DNA from: Minisyncoccota bacterium
GTDB taxonomy: Bacteria; Patescibacteriota; Minisyncoccia; Phycocordibacterales; UBA6065
Reading direction: 5' to 3'
DNA: 64,000 nucleotides
Assembly: GCA_035546035.1 (NCBI GenBank)
Contig: DASZXC010000008.1
Coordinates: forward strand, 123,951-187,950
In this document: piece after piece, positions 1 through 8,408 of the stretch
Layout: each line of letters begins with the position of its first letter
Numbering within the stretch: position 1 is the stretch's first letter
Notes under the pieces: generated by a model
Told to the model about the DNA's origin: nothing
Seen by the model: the letters and a program-made list of their open reading frames with translations, nothing else
Database searches by the model: none
Translations under genes and position numbers: made by a program

Positions 1-242
1 TCGAACGTCGCGCGCACGATCTGTCCCCGCTTGCCGTATTCTTTCTTATATGCGGTCGCGAGAGCCATCTCGATAGCCTCGATGATCTTCTCTTTCGGTA
101 TGCCACGCTCCTCCTCGAGCTGGCCGAGGACGGAATGAATCGTTTTAAGGTCGAAAAGCATTTTTTCTGCTATAAGGGCTTTTAATAAAGAAAGTCCGCC
201 CCCATGGACGAACTGCGCGGACTTCTCTGATATTTCTATCAT
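1..242 (-). CDS. nusA: Transcription termination/antitermination factor NusA, N-terminal part (C-terminal part lies off-window to the left)
   Basis: Minus-strand translation from ATG at 240-242 gives MIEISEKSAQFVHGGGLSLLKALIAEKMLFDLKTIHSVLGQLEEERGIPKEKIIEAIEMALATAYKKEYGKRGQIVRATF. This resembles the conserved NusA N-terminal domain. Not in the ORF track because it is truncated by the window edge. Confidence 0.65.
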   Translation of the reverse strand, partial: MIEISEKSAQFVHGGGLSLLKALIAEKMLFDLKTIHSVLGQLEEERGIPKEKIIEAIEMALATAYKKEYGKRGQIVRATF

Positions 243-319
243 ATCACTTCGCCGAAATATGTCAAATCGAATTCCGGCACCCGTAAGGGATGCTTTCATG
301 CGTATAGTACAATATATGT

Positions 320-826
320 ATGAAAGCATTTGCCGCCCTCTTGTTCATACTGCTTGTCTGTGCGGGAGCCTATTATTTCTTCATGAATACGACGCTTTTC
401 GATACATCGTATCAGTCTCTCGACCTCGGTATACGCTTTAGCCACGCTTCAGATCTCCTCGTCCGCAATTCAGCTAACGGCGACGGCCTCGATATCAGTG
501 ATTCTTCCTTGGACAAAGAAGTCGTCCTTATACGCCGTTACAGGAACGATACGTTTCCCGGAGAGGACATCTCTTTCCGCATCGCGAGGGAATTCGGCTC
601 TAACATGTTCGACGAAAAGGACGCTACATTCAATCATATAGACGGCCTGGCATTTGAATGGCAGGGAGAAAAAGGTCGGGAAAGCGCGTTCGCATTCCAG
701 TCGGGGCTCTATGACATCGTCGTCTCTACCTTCGGCATGCCCGATCGAAACGTTGCCAGGTACGCGAACGGGGTCTTGGGCTCTCTCGAGATCGTAGACG
801 CTCGCCCTGATACAGGGGAGTTCTAG
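320..826 (+). CDS. Hypothetical exported/membrane-anchored protein (N-terminal hydrophobic segment)
   Basis: 168-aa ORF starting MKAFAALLFILLVCAGAYYFF (signal/anchor-like). No recognisable catalytic motif. First gene of a same-strand block of surface proteins. Confidence 0.5.
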   Translation: MKAFAALLFILLVCAGAYYFFMNTTLFDTSYQSLDLGIRFSHASDLLVRNSANGDGLDISDSSLDKEVVLIRRYRNDTFPGEDISFRIAREFGSNMFDEKDATFNHIDGLAFEWQGEKGRESAFAFQSGLYDIVVSTFGMPDRNVARYANGVLGSLEIVDARPDTGEF

Positions 827-863
827 GATTGACGGCTGCATACGCGTGATACAATTAATCCGT

Positions 864-2192
864 ATGAAAAAAATAAGAAGCACTTTTGCCCTTCGAGGGG
901 GGCTTATCATCGCGATACTGCTCATGCCGCAAGCCGCTGCTTTCGGCGCCACCGCGATCCCGAAGGGGACCGCCACGTTACCGGTGCCCGCTTCCTGCGA
1001 TCTCGTGCTGAACGGGGTCAAGGCGCGCATTGCGCCCATAGGCGAAGTTCCTGTCGCAGGCGGGGATCTGGACCTCTCTGTCACTCTTTCGAACGAGAAC
1101 GCCTATCCGGTAAGGGGCATGGATGTCGTCGCACGCATCTCGAAGCTCGCTCAGAAGGCCGGCGACGCATATGCGATGGCTACCGATACCGTCGCCCGCA
1201 TCGATCTGGCCAAAGGAGTCTCTCTTTCGACCGGCGAATCCCGAGAGATCGCCCTTGCGTGGCATATGCCGGCAAATCTCGTAGCAGGGCCGTATCGCGT
1301 CGATATCTTCGCTAATTCAGGCGATTCGGCCGTAGGGGGGAACGAATATCTCGGCGTGCCGGCAGGAAGCTATCCGGTCCGCATCGCAGGCGGAACAAAG
1401 GAAGTCTCGTTCCTGAAGCCTTCTTCGGTCGCCGTCAACGGAGCCAAGCCGTTCGCCAATCTTGTCGCCGACGTAAGATCGGCCTCGAATGCCGTGTCTG
1501 TCGTGGCCCAGAGCACTCATTCAAAGGCGGTATCGGCGACGATGCGCTGGAGGGTCTATAGCTCTTATTTCGCGGACGAGGCCGCTCTCGTAACGACGAA
1601 ATCGGAGGCGGTGACTATCCCTGCGGGTGGAACGCAGGCTGTATCCTATTCGTTCAGCGGAGCGGAGAAGGGAACCTATCTCGTCGTCGGCGAGCTCGTC
1701 GACCAATCGAAGGTCTCGCGCGTAGCCGTGCGATTGAACAGGACAGACAAGCCTGAACCGGTCGTTCGATCGCTCGTGCTCTCTGATTTTCCCCTCTCGT
1801 CGTCGGGCGCAACTCCCGTATTCGGCTGCATCGCCGACAGCTCTAACGGAAATCTCCCTGCGACCGCGGTAAAAGTGACTCTTACCGATGCGAAAGGCTC
1901 CGTCGTATATTCAGGCGCTTTCCACAAGACCCCATCGAATCCCTTCCTTCAGTTCATCGGCAATATACTTCCGAATATAAAAGCCGAGAATCCTCTTACG
2001 CTCGCCCTTACCGCGTATGCCGCGGACGGAAGCGTCATCGCCGCGAAATCGGTCGTCTATTCATGCGATGACGGCTCTTGCGACCAGAGCTCAGGAGAGG
2101 ATACGGCCACATACGCCGGCATCGTCGCGCTCGCTCTCCTCGCGATCGCCGCGCTTCTGGTCTGGGAAAAGAAGCACAGGAAACAACTCTAA
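864..2192 (+). CDS. Hypothetical cell-surface protein with N-terminal signal peptide and C-terminal TM anchor plus basic tail
   Basis: ORF 846..2192. Likely start is the internal Met at 864 (MKKIRSTFALRGGLIIAILLMPQAAAFGA). C-terminus YAGIVALALLAIAALLVWEKKHRKQL is a hydrophobic helix plus basic tail. No LPXTG motif seen. Confidence 0.55.
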   Translation: MKKIRSTFALRGGLIIAILLMPQAAAFGATAIPKGTATLPVPASCDLVLNGVKARIAPIGEVPVAGGDLDLSVTLSNENAYPVRGMDVVARISKLAQKAGDAYAMATDTVARIDLAKGVSLSTGESREIALAWHMPANLVAGPYRVDIFANSGDSAVGGNEYLGVPAGSYPVRIAGGTKEVSFLKPSSVAVNGAKPFANLVADVRSASNAVSVVAQSTHSKAVSATMRWRVYSSYFADEAALVTTKSEAVTIPAGGTQAVSYSFSGAEKGTYLVVGELVDQSKVSRVAVRLNRTDKPEPVVRSLVLSDFPLSSSGATPVFGCIADSSNGNLPATAVKVTLTDAKGSVVYSGAFHKTPSNPFLQFIGNILPNIKAENPLTLALTAYAADGSVIAAKSVVYSCDDGSCDQSSGEDTATYAGIVALALLAIAALLVWEKKHRKQL

Positions 2193-2193
2193 T

Positions 2194-3465
2194 ATGAAAC
2201 ATATGAAGAACCTGTTGAAATACGTTTCGGTCGCAGCAGCGGTGCTCGTCTTGGCGCTGATCGTCGTGCCGCATGCGGCTTCGGCTCAGTGGTACTACGG
2301 CTTTGGAGGCTATAGCTTTAACCCTAATACGGACGCGCTCTACATAGACGGCGTTCGCGTCGAGTTCTGGCCTCCTAATGAGGGCGGAGACAATGGAGGA
2401 GGAGGTGGTTCCGTCAGCATGGATACTCAGTGCCCTGACGGCTCTACGGTCCCGGAGGGACAGCAGTGCCCTCCGACCACAAAGGTATGTCAGGACGGCA
2501 GCGTCGTCGCCATAAACGATTCGTGTCCTCCGCTCACCAAACAATGCCCTGACGGCAGCACGGTTGATATCTCTGCCCAATGCCCTCCGACGACGAAACA
2601 ATGCCCTGACGGCAGCGTCGTGGCCATAAATGCCCAATGCGCGCCGAATACATGCCAGGACCCTTCGGCATCGAACTATGGCGGAAGCCTTCCGTGCGAC
2701 TATCCTCCGGCTCTCTGCACGGATCCGTCCGCTTCTAACTACGGCAATTCGCTTCCATGCCAATATGTGCCGATTCAGTATTGCAACGACCCAGCGGCTC
2801 TAAACTATGGCCAGCCGGGAGATTGTGACTATCCTCCTGCAGTGACTATATGCCAGGACCCTTCGGCATCGAACTATGGCGGAAGCCTTCCGTGCGACTA
2901 TCCGCCGATATGCTCTGATCCGTCCGCTTTGAACTATGGCCAGGAAGGCTCGTGCTCGTATCCTCCGCAGAATGTATGCGAGGATCCGAATGCCAACAAT
3001 TACGGCCAGGTCGGCGGATGCACATATGGCGGCGGGGGAAACAATGGCGACAATAATAACGCCCAAACAGGCTTCACCATCTCCGGTCCGAACAGCGTGA
3101 GCGCCACGTTCATCGGAACCCAGTCGGGCGAATCCCAGGTCGCTTCAGTCACGGTGAATCCGGTCGGTGGGTTCGACTCCGATGTCGCCGTTGGAGTGAG
3201 TTCGACCTCGTGCCCGAACGTTTCCGGCTATTCGTTCGACGGCGGTCCGTATACGTCGTCACCGGCGACGGTCATGCGACAGAATCCTAGCGGATGGTAT
3301 GCAGCTCCTTCAGGCAATCTCTATCTCGCGGTGAGGGTCGGTTTCTCGAGTCCTATCCCGTCTCCGTGTCAGGTGACGATCGCCGCTTCGGGCGGCGGCA
3401 AGAGCGCGGATTTCACCATGACCGTCCATCCTGATTCCAAGAATCCTCAATTCCAGGAATTCTAG
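2194..3465 (+). CDS. Secreted Cys-rich tandem-repeat protein with C-terminal -FQEF
   Basis: Start ATG 2194 (MKHMKNLLKYVSVAAAVLVLALIVVPHAASA = signal peptide), in frame inside track ORF 2017..3465. About 19-aa repeats CPDGSTV...QCPPTTK occur 4 times, and about 21-aa repeats C.DPSASNYG.SLPCDYPP occur about 6 times. Ends ...KNPQFQEF-stop. Confidence 0.7.
   Translation: MKHMKNLLKYVSVAAAVLVLALIVVPHAASAQWYYGFGGYSFNPNTDALYIDGVRVEFWPPNEGGDNGGGGGSVSMDTQCPDGSTVPEGQQCPPTTKVCQDGSVVAINDSCPPLTKQCPDGSTVDISAQCPPTTKQCPDGSVVAINAQCAPNTCQDPSASNYGGSLPCDYPPALCTDPSASNYGNSLPCQYVPIQYCNDPAALNYGQPGDCDYPPAVTICQDPSASNYGGSLPCDYPPICSDPSALNYGQEGSCSYPPQNVCEDPNANNYGQVGGCTYGGGGNNGDNNNAQTGFTISGPNSVSATFIGTQSGESQVASVTVNPVGGFDSDVAVGVSSTSCPNVSGYSFDGGPYTSSPATVMRQNPSGWYAAPSGNLYLAVRVGFSSPIPSPCQVTIAASGGGKSADFTMTVHPDSKNPQFQEF
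2652..2903 (+). repeat. Exact 54-nt direct repeat (copies 2652-2705 and 2850-2903) inside the Cys-rich repeat gene
   Basis: atgccaggacccttcggcatcgaactatggcggaagccttccgtgcgactatcc occurs identically twice, 198 nt apart. It encodes the CQDPSASNYGGSLPCDYP unit. Other repeat units are diverged. Confidence 0.8.
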
Positions 3466-3477
3466 GCGCTTCGCGGT

Positions 3478-4839
3478 ATGGACTTCGTCTTCATACTTCA
3501 CGCTATAGCCAACGCATTCGCGTCGGGAAGAAGCGTGATCAAAGTCGTGCTCCTTGCCGTCGCTGTTCTTATCGCTATCGGCGCGCGGCTTTACTATCGG
3601 AGAAGAGAGGGCGAAAAAGGCGCGGCTGCAGGGATACCGGAGAGGATATTTTTCTGGGCCTTGGGCGCATCATTCCTCCTGGGAGCCGTCGTCACATGGT
3701 ATGCGTATGTGACGTTCGGTGCCGGACCGGACCGGGTCATCGTCGCGATCGCCGAGCGCGACATCTCGACGACGCAGCCTTTTCATAGCCATGTGATGAA
3801 GGCGGCCTTTGGTGCGATCGCCGGCCTTGTTCCGGAGCATACGAGGCTCGCATGGGAGAATTCGGCTGATTTCGGCTATGCATACGCAAAGACATTGCCG
3901 CCGTGGATCGGCTTCGCGGGCTTCGCTGATTGCGCCGCGCTCGTCTCTCTGGCGATATGGCTCTTTGTCCGCTTCGCGGCGAGAGAGCGCAGGCTTTCCC
4001 TCGTCATCCTCTTTGCCGTCGCTCTGGTATCCGCGCTAAAGAACGTATTTGACGGAGGGGCGACGAACCACGAAGCGATTCCGGCGACCATCGTCTTGGG
4101 GCTCCTCGTTTTTGGGACGCGGCCCAAGAAGGCTCTGCTCGGGCTCGCGATCTTGCCTCTAGGCTTCGCGCTCGCAGGGGTCTGCTTTTCAGGCATGCCT
4201 TTGGGCGGAGCAGCGGAATATCTCCGTCATGCATTCGGATTAATGCTCATATATATATGCTGGTTCGCTCTTTCGGAGGATCGTGTTCCCAAGGTCCCCG
4301 CTATCATCGGGCTCATTGCCGGGGTGTTGTCTCTCGCGTCTCTCTTCGGTCTCGGCGCGCGCGACGCGCAATATGCCGCGACGCCGATATCGTATATCCA
4401 GACGTTCATCGGCACCTACGGCGACACCGAGCTCGGACAGTCGTACGAGAGGATCGGGTCTCTTTCTATACGCTCGTTCGCGACCACTTCTTCTCTTACG
4501 ATCGGCGGCTTGGCGTCCCTGATTGGAGAGGGTACTGCCTATAGCCCTATCTCTATCCGTACGAAGAGCTGCGAGTTCAAGAATGCGACGGCGCGTGTCT
4601 CGCTTGAAGCCGTCTCACGCTTCGACCTTGCCAAGCCGGCGGTTGTCCACAAGCTCGCGCGTATAGACAGCCTTATCTTTCGAGGAGAGAGCGATGGGTG
4701 GAAGCGATATGACGCCGATGTTTCCTTTTCAGAATGCGTCCCTCGTTCATTGACCGTCATCGCAGAGCTTTTTCATGAAGCGGGGGCGCCGTATCTTATC
4801 CTCCTGCCGCGATTAGGCGAGTCAGGCATGCCTTACTGA
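3478..4839 (+). CDS. Polytopic integral membrane protein (about 8-9 TM N-terminal region plus ~150-aa C-terminal soluble domain), function unknown
   Basis: 453-aa ORF with many hydrophobic helices, starting 13 nt after the preceding gene and ending 3 nt before the next. No family recognised by eye. A GT-C-like glycosyltransferase or exosortase-like role is speculative. Confidence 0.6.
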   Translation: MDFVFILHAIANAFASGRSVIKVVLLAVAVLIAIGARLYYRRREGEKGAAAGIPERIFFWALGASFLLGAVVTWYAYVTFGAGPDRVIVAIAERDISTTQPFHSHVMKAAFGAIAGLVPEHTRLAWENSADFGYAYAKTLPPWIGFAGFADCAALVSLAIWLFVRFAARERRLSLVILFAVALVSALKNVFDGGATNHEAIPATIVLGLLVFGTRPKKALLGLAILPLGFALAGVCFSGMPLGGAAEYLRHAFGLMLIYICWFALSEDRVPKVPAIIGLIAGVLSLASLFGLGARDAQYAATPISYIQTFIGTYGDTELGQSYERIGSLSIRSFATTSSLTIGGLASLIGEGTAYSPISIRTKSCEFKNATARVSLEAVSRFDLAKPAVVHKLARIDSLIFRGESDGWKRYDADVSFSECVPRSLTVIAELFHEAGAPYLILLPRLGESGMPY

Positions 4840-4842
4840 TCT

Positions 4843-5334
4843 ATGGATACTCTCTTCAAAGAGGCAGAGACTCTCATAATTCTTGCAGGAGCCGTGAATA
4901 TCGCTCTCAATATACTCGGCGCGCTTAAGCGCCGCTTCGGTCTGGAGAGATTCGACGCACCATTCGATTTCCGGATCGCCATCGGCGGGAGGAGGCTTTT
5001 GGGCGCGTCGACGACTTGGATCGGATTCATCCTCTGTGCTCTTTCGGGGGCGCTTATGTCCGTTTGGGGCATAGCATACGGCTATGTCATAGCATTCGGG
5101 GTCTTTTTTGGGCATGCTCTGGGCAGTTTCATAAAGCGAAGGATGGGCGTAGCTGACGGGGGTCCGCTTCCTCTGGTAGATCGTGCCAATTTCGTCGTCC
5201 TATCGGGAGCCGCGCTTCTCTTTATGGGCTCGATGCGCCCTGTCGCATATGTCGCGGCGGTCATCCTTGCCTATTTCATTCATCCTGTATTCTGTAAACT
5301 GGGTGTCATGCTCGGTATCAGGGTGGTACAATAG
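4843..5334 (+). CDS. Small membrane protein with divergent CdsA/CarS/dolichol-kinase-like (CTP-transferase superfamily) motif
   Basis: 163 aa, about 5 TM. Segment GHALGSFIKRRMGVADGGPLPLVDRANFVV resembles the S-x-F-K-R-x4-(K)D-...-DR signature of the CdsA/CarS family but lacks the HGG triplet. Size is similar to archaeal CDP-archaeol synthase. Assignment is tentative. Confidence 0.45.
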   Translation: MDTLFKEAETLIILAGAVNIALNILGALKRRFGLERFDAPFDFRIAIGGRRLLGASTTWIGFILCALSGALMSVWGIAYGYVIAFGVFFGHALGSFIKRRMGVADGGPLPLVDRANFVVLSGAALLFMGSMRPVAYVAAVILAYFIHPVFCKLGVMLGIRVVQ

Positions 5335-5342
5335 GGCCAGTC

Positions 5343-6566
5343 ATGAAAAATAGATTCGCGGCAATATTTTTCGCTCTCGCGGCGGTCATCTTCGCCTTTC
5401 CTTCCGTCTCTTCGGCCGGTTCCGCTCATAATATGTCAGGCTTCGCCTGGTCGTCGACCATAGGTTGGATCAGTTTCAACTGTACCAATGACAGCAGCTG
5501 TGCGACCGCTGACTATGGCGTGAATAAAGACGCTGACGGCACTCTCAACGGCTATGCGTGGTCTTCGAACGTCGGCTGGATACAGTTCAGCGGCCTTTCG
5601 AGCTTTCCGACGGGCGGCGGCACTTCGGCGGTAAATGCCCAAATGTCCGGATCGAGCCTTATCGGCTGGGTCAAAGCCGTCGCGGCTGACGGCAATGGCT
5701 GGGACGGATGGATAGCGCTCTCCGGCACGGGCTACGGCGTGACTCTTTCAGGCACGGCATTCACCGGCTATGCATGGGGAAGCGATACGGTCGGCTGGAT
5801 AAGCTGGAATTGCCTCTCTGACAGTTCCTGCGGAGCGGCGAGCTATGCCGTCAGCCTCTCCGGCGACGCGTCTCTCGACATAACGAGCGGCGGCTCGACC
5901 ATCGTCGGGTCGAGTTCGGTCCCCTACGGCACTATCCCGACATTCCAGTGGACCCTCACGACTCTTCCGGTCGGGACGACATGCGCGGTCTCCAAAACCT
6001 CTTCCGGAGGCACGGCATTCACGACTATAAGCGGCATAACGTCTTCGGGTTCCGCATCGGGAGACCCTCTGACCGAAGGCCCGTACACGTTCCAGATACA
6101 ATGCATGAACGGCGGTTCGACGCTCGTTACCAAGACGGCGAGTTTCACCGTCGCCTCCCAGCCGCCCGGCTTCGATCTAGGCCCGTCCGAAACCGCTTTC
6201 ATCCAATTCCTCAACGCAGGAGAGGCGACATCCCAGCAGAAGAGCATATTCGTGAGCGCATTCGGCGGTTTTTCGAATCCGGTCACCATATCGATCACTG
6301 GATTCCCGGCCGCCCCGGCTTCGACGACCTTCTCGTATTCGCTCGGCGGCAGCGCTTTTTCCGCCAATCCGCCGAGCGTCGTCATCAGTAGCCCGTATTC
6401 ATCGGGTACGACGCTCAAGATCCGCGTGACGAGGGTCTCCGGCGCCCCGGCATTCACCGGAAATTTCACGGTGACGCTCACAGGCACGGCCGCGGGAGCG
6501 TCGGCTGATACCAAAGATATCGTCCTCACGCCGACGACCTTCGTCCCGGCATTCCAAGAATTCTAA
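5343..6566 (+). CDS. Secreted Trp-rich repeat protein with C-terminal -FQEF
   Basis: Signal peptide MKNRFAAIFFALAAVIFAFPSVSSA. Repeated motif G(Y/F)AW(S/G)S..GWI(S/Q)(F/W)(N/S)C occurs 3-4 times, followed by a Thr/Ser/Gly-rich region. Ends ...FVPAFQEF-stop, the same last four residues as the 2194..3465 gene. Confidence 0.7.
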   Translation: MKNRFAAIFFALAAVIFAFPSVSSAGSAHNMSGFAWSSTIGWISFNCTNDSSCATADYGVNKDADGTLNGYAWSSNVGWIQFSGLSSFPTGGGTSAVNAQMSGSSLIGWVKAVAADGNGWDGWIALSGTGYGVTLSGTAFTGYAWGSDTVGWISWNCLSDSSCGAASYAVSLSGDASLDITSGGSTIVGSSSVPYGTIPTFQWTLTTLPVGTTCAVSKTSSGGTAFTTISGITSSGSASGDPLTEGPYTFQIQCMNGGSTLVTKTASFTVASQPPGFDLGPSETAFIQFLNAGEATSQQKSIFVSAFGGFSNPVTISITGFPAAPASTTFSYSLGGSAFSANPPSVVISSPYSSGTTLKIRVTRVSGAPAFTGNFTVTLTGTAAGASADTKDIVLTPTTFVPAFQEF

Positions 6567-6582
6567 GCCTAAGAATAAAATC

Positions 6583-6831
6583 ATGAGCAAAACAACGAAA
6601 GTGATCATTCCAATCCTTCTCCTTACCGTCGTGGCGGGCCTTGTCGCGCTTATGATGCGGGCACATAATAAAGGCATGGAGGATACTCCCGAATACCGCG
6701 CGCAGGTCATCGATACGCTTACCGCATCATCGAACCCAAAGCCTGACCAGAAAGTCATCGATTCTCTTTCCGCTCCCGCCGCTCCATCGAAAGAAGAAGG
6801 AGACATATTAAAAACATTACAAGCGCAATAA
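6583..6831 (+). CDS. Small single-pass membrane protein, hypothetical
   Basis: 82-aa ORF. N-terminal VIIPILLLTVVAGLVALMM hydrophobic helix. Tightly spaced in the surface-protein block. Confidence 0.4.
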   Translation: MSKTTKVIIPILLLTVVAGLVALMMRAHNKGMEDTPEYRAQVIDTLTASSNPKPDQKVIDSLSAPAAPSKEEGDILKTLQAQ

Positions 6832-6837
6832 AAATCC

Positions 6838-8394
6838 ATGAGCCGAAAGATCTTTAAGACGTTCGTCATAGCTCTCGCCGCAGTCCTGCCTCTTTCCGCC
6901 TCTGCGCAGTGGTCAGGGCCGGGAGCGACCCCGCCTTCAGGCAATGCTGCTCCGCCTCTCAATACGTCCTCGACCGCGCAATCGAAAGCAGGCGGACTCC
7001 TCTTGAATACCGGCAACGCGACGAACGGCCTCATCGTTCAATATGGAAACGTCGGCGTGGGCGCTACGTCTCCGGGAGCGAAGCTTCATGTGCTCGGCGG
7101 CGGCGCCATTCTGGGCACCACGGGGTCGGCCGCTAGTTCAAGGACCCTCACCATCCTCGATAACGCTGACGGCCAGATAAACTTCGGCTCGTATTCCGGC
7201 CAATGGAGGTCGTCTATCCAGATCCAGTCGAACGACGCGGCGCGCCTCCTCTTTATCGCTCCTCCTGAATCGGACTACGGATACGGCATCCTCCGCGCGG
7301 CGAACGGCGGACTTAAAATAGACGTCGGCGGCACGACGGGGGACAGCGGCAGCAATGCGATCTCGATCGAATCGAACGCCAAGGTCGGCATCGGCATGAC
7401 GCCGTCGGTCAAGCTCGACGTGAACGGCGAGATACAGACGAACGACTGGCTCTACAACTCGACGTCAGCCAAAGGCCTCTACAATACCAGCACGGGCAAG
7501 CATTTCTATTCGGAATCCGCGAGCTATTGGGCGCTGAACTCTACCAACGGCCTTGTCCTTCGGAACGGCTACGCGGGAACGGTTACGGGCTACCTCTATT
7601 GGGACGGAACGGCCGGTTCGAACAACTTCGGCCTCCTTTCGCCGAACGGCTCCTGGAAAGTGCGAACGGATAATTCCACGACCCAGCTCTACGGCAACGT
7701 GTACATGCCCTTCTTCTATGACACTGACAACTCGGCCTATTATGTCGACCCTCATAGCGTGTCGCGATTCAATGATATCCGTCCGAACATCATCTATGAC
7801 GGCAACGACACGAACTATTATCTCGATATGAACGGCTCGTCGAAGATCGGGTATACGCTCTTCCCGGGCGGTGCGAACATGCAGTCGACGCTCTATATAA
7901 CGGGCGGCGCTCTGTGGGCGCAGGGAGGAGTGACGACATACCTCGACGGATATGTCTGGGTCCGAGGCCCGGCATACGGAGGGCAGGGCGATGTCCAGAT
8001 CGACGGCGACCTCTCGCTCGGCGCTCATGTAGCGAGCGGAGGAGGAGGAACGATACATCTCTATGGCGACGGCTACTATTGGGGCTCGTGGAACAACATG
8101 TCGGACCAGAGGCTCAAGAAGAATATCGTGCCTATCGCCGATCCTATCGAGAAGATCGAAAAATTGAACGGCGTCGCATTCGATTGGAAGGATTCGGGCA
8201 AACATTCCGTCGGCGTCATCGCGCAGGACGTCGAGAAAGTATTTCCGGAGCTCGTATCCACCGATGACAAGACGGGATACAAGGCGGTCCAATATCAGAA
8301 CCTCGTCGCTCCTCTCATAGAAGCCGTAAAGGCTCAGCAGAAGGAGATCGAGGCGCTCAAGGCGGAAGTCGAAGCCCTCAAGAAAGACAGATAA
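6838..8394 (+). CDS. Secreted fibre-like protein with C-terminal intramolecular chaperone/auto-processing domain (Peptidase S74, endosialidase-chaperone type)
   Basis: Signal peptide MSRKIFKTFVIALAAVLPLSASA, followed by a long Gly/Thr/Asn/Ser-rich region. C-terminus SDQRLKKNIVPIADPIEKIEKLNGVAFDWKDSGKHSVGVIAQDVEKVFPELVSTDDKTGYKAVQYQNLVAPLIEAVKAQQKEIEALKAEVEALKK matches the S-D-x-R-L-K ... IAQE(V).PE.V ... LI.A.K coiled-coil pattern of phage tail-spike chaperone domains. Confidence 0.7.
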   Translation: MSRKIFKTFVIALAAVLPLSASAQWSGPGATPPSGNAAPPLNTSSTAQSKAGGLLLNTGNATNGLIVQYGNVGVGATSPGAKLHVLGGGAILGTTGSAASSRTLTILDNADGQINFGSYSGQWRSSIQIQSNDAARLLFIAPPESDYGYGILRAANGGLKIDVGGTTGDSGSNAISIESNAKVGIGMTPSVKLDVNGEIQTNDWLYNSTSAKGLYNTSTGKHFYSESASYWALNSTNGLVLRNGYAGTVTGYLYWDGTAGSNNFGLLSPNGSWKVRTDNSTTQLYGNVYMPFFYDTDNSAYYVDPHSVSRFNDIRPNIIYDGNDTNYYLDMNGSSKIGYTLFPGGANMQSTLYITGGALWAQGGVTTYLDGYVWVRGPAYGGQGDVQIDGDLSLGAHVASGGGGTIHLYGDGYYWGSWNNMSDQRLKKNIVPIADPIEKIEKLNGVAFDWKDSGKHSVGVIAQDVEKVFPELVSTDDKTGYKAVQYQNLVAPLIEAVKAQQKEIEALKAEVEALKKDR

Positions 8395-8408
8395 CTGATA
8401 CACTTAAT

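Noticed and set aside
2035-2763. Long minus-strand ORFs with Arg/Ala-rich translations overlapping well-supported plus-strand genes. Examples: 2035-2763, 12320-13228, 14982-16250, 30258-31376, 32500-34359, 41281-42411, 42329-43324, 44482-45843.
   Set aside because: Shadow ORFs typical of high-GC DNA. They are antisense to genes with clear conserved protein identity (ribosomal proteins, tuf, secY, map, pilins). They have no RBS and no recognisable motifs.
864-8394. LPXTG/sortase or PEP-CTERM/GlyGly-CTERM sorting signals on the surface proteins
   Set aside because: None of the C-termini contain these motifs. Only the unexplained -FQEF-COOH pair and one plain TM-plus-basic-tail anchor were found.
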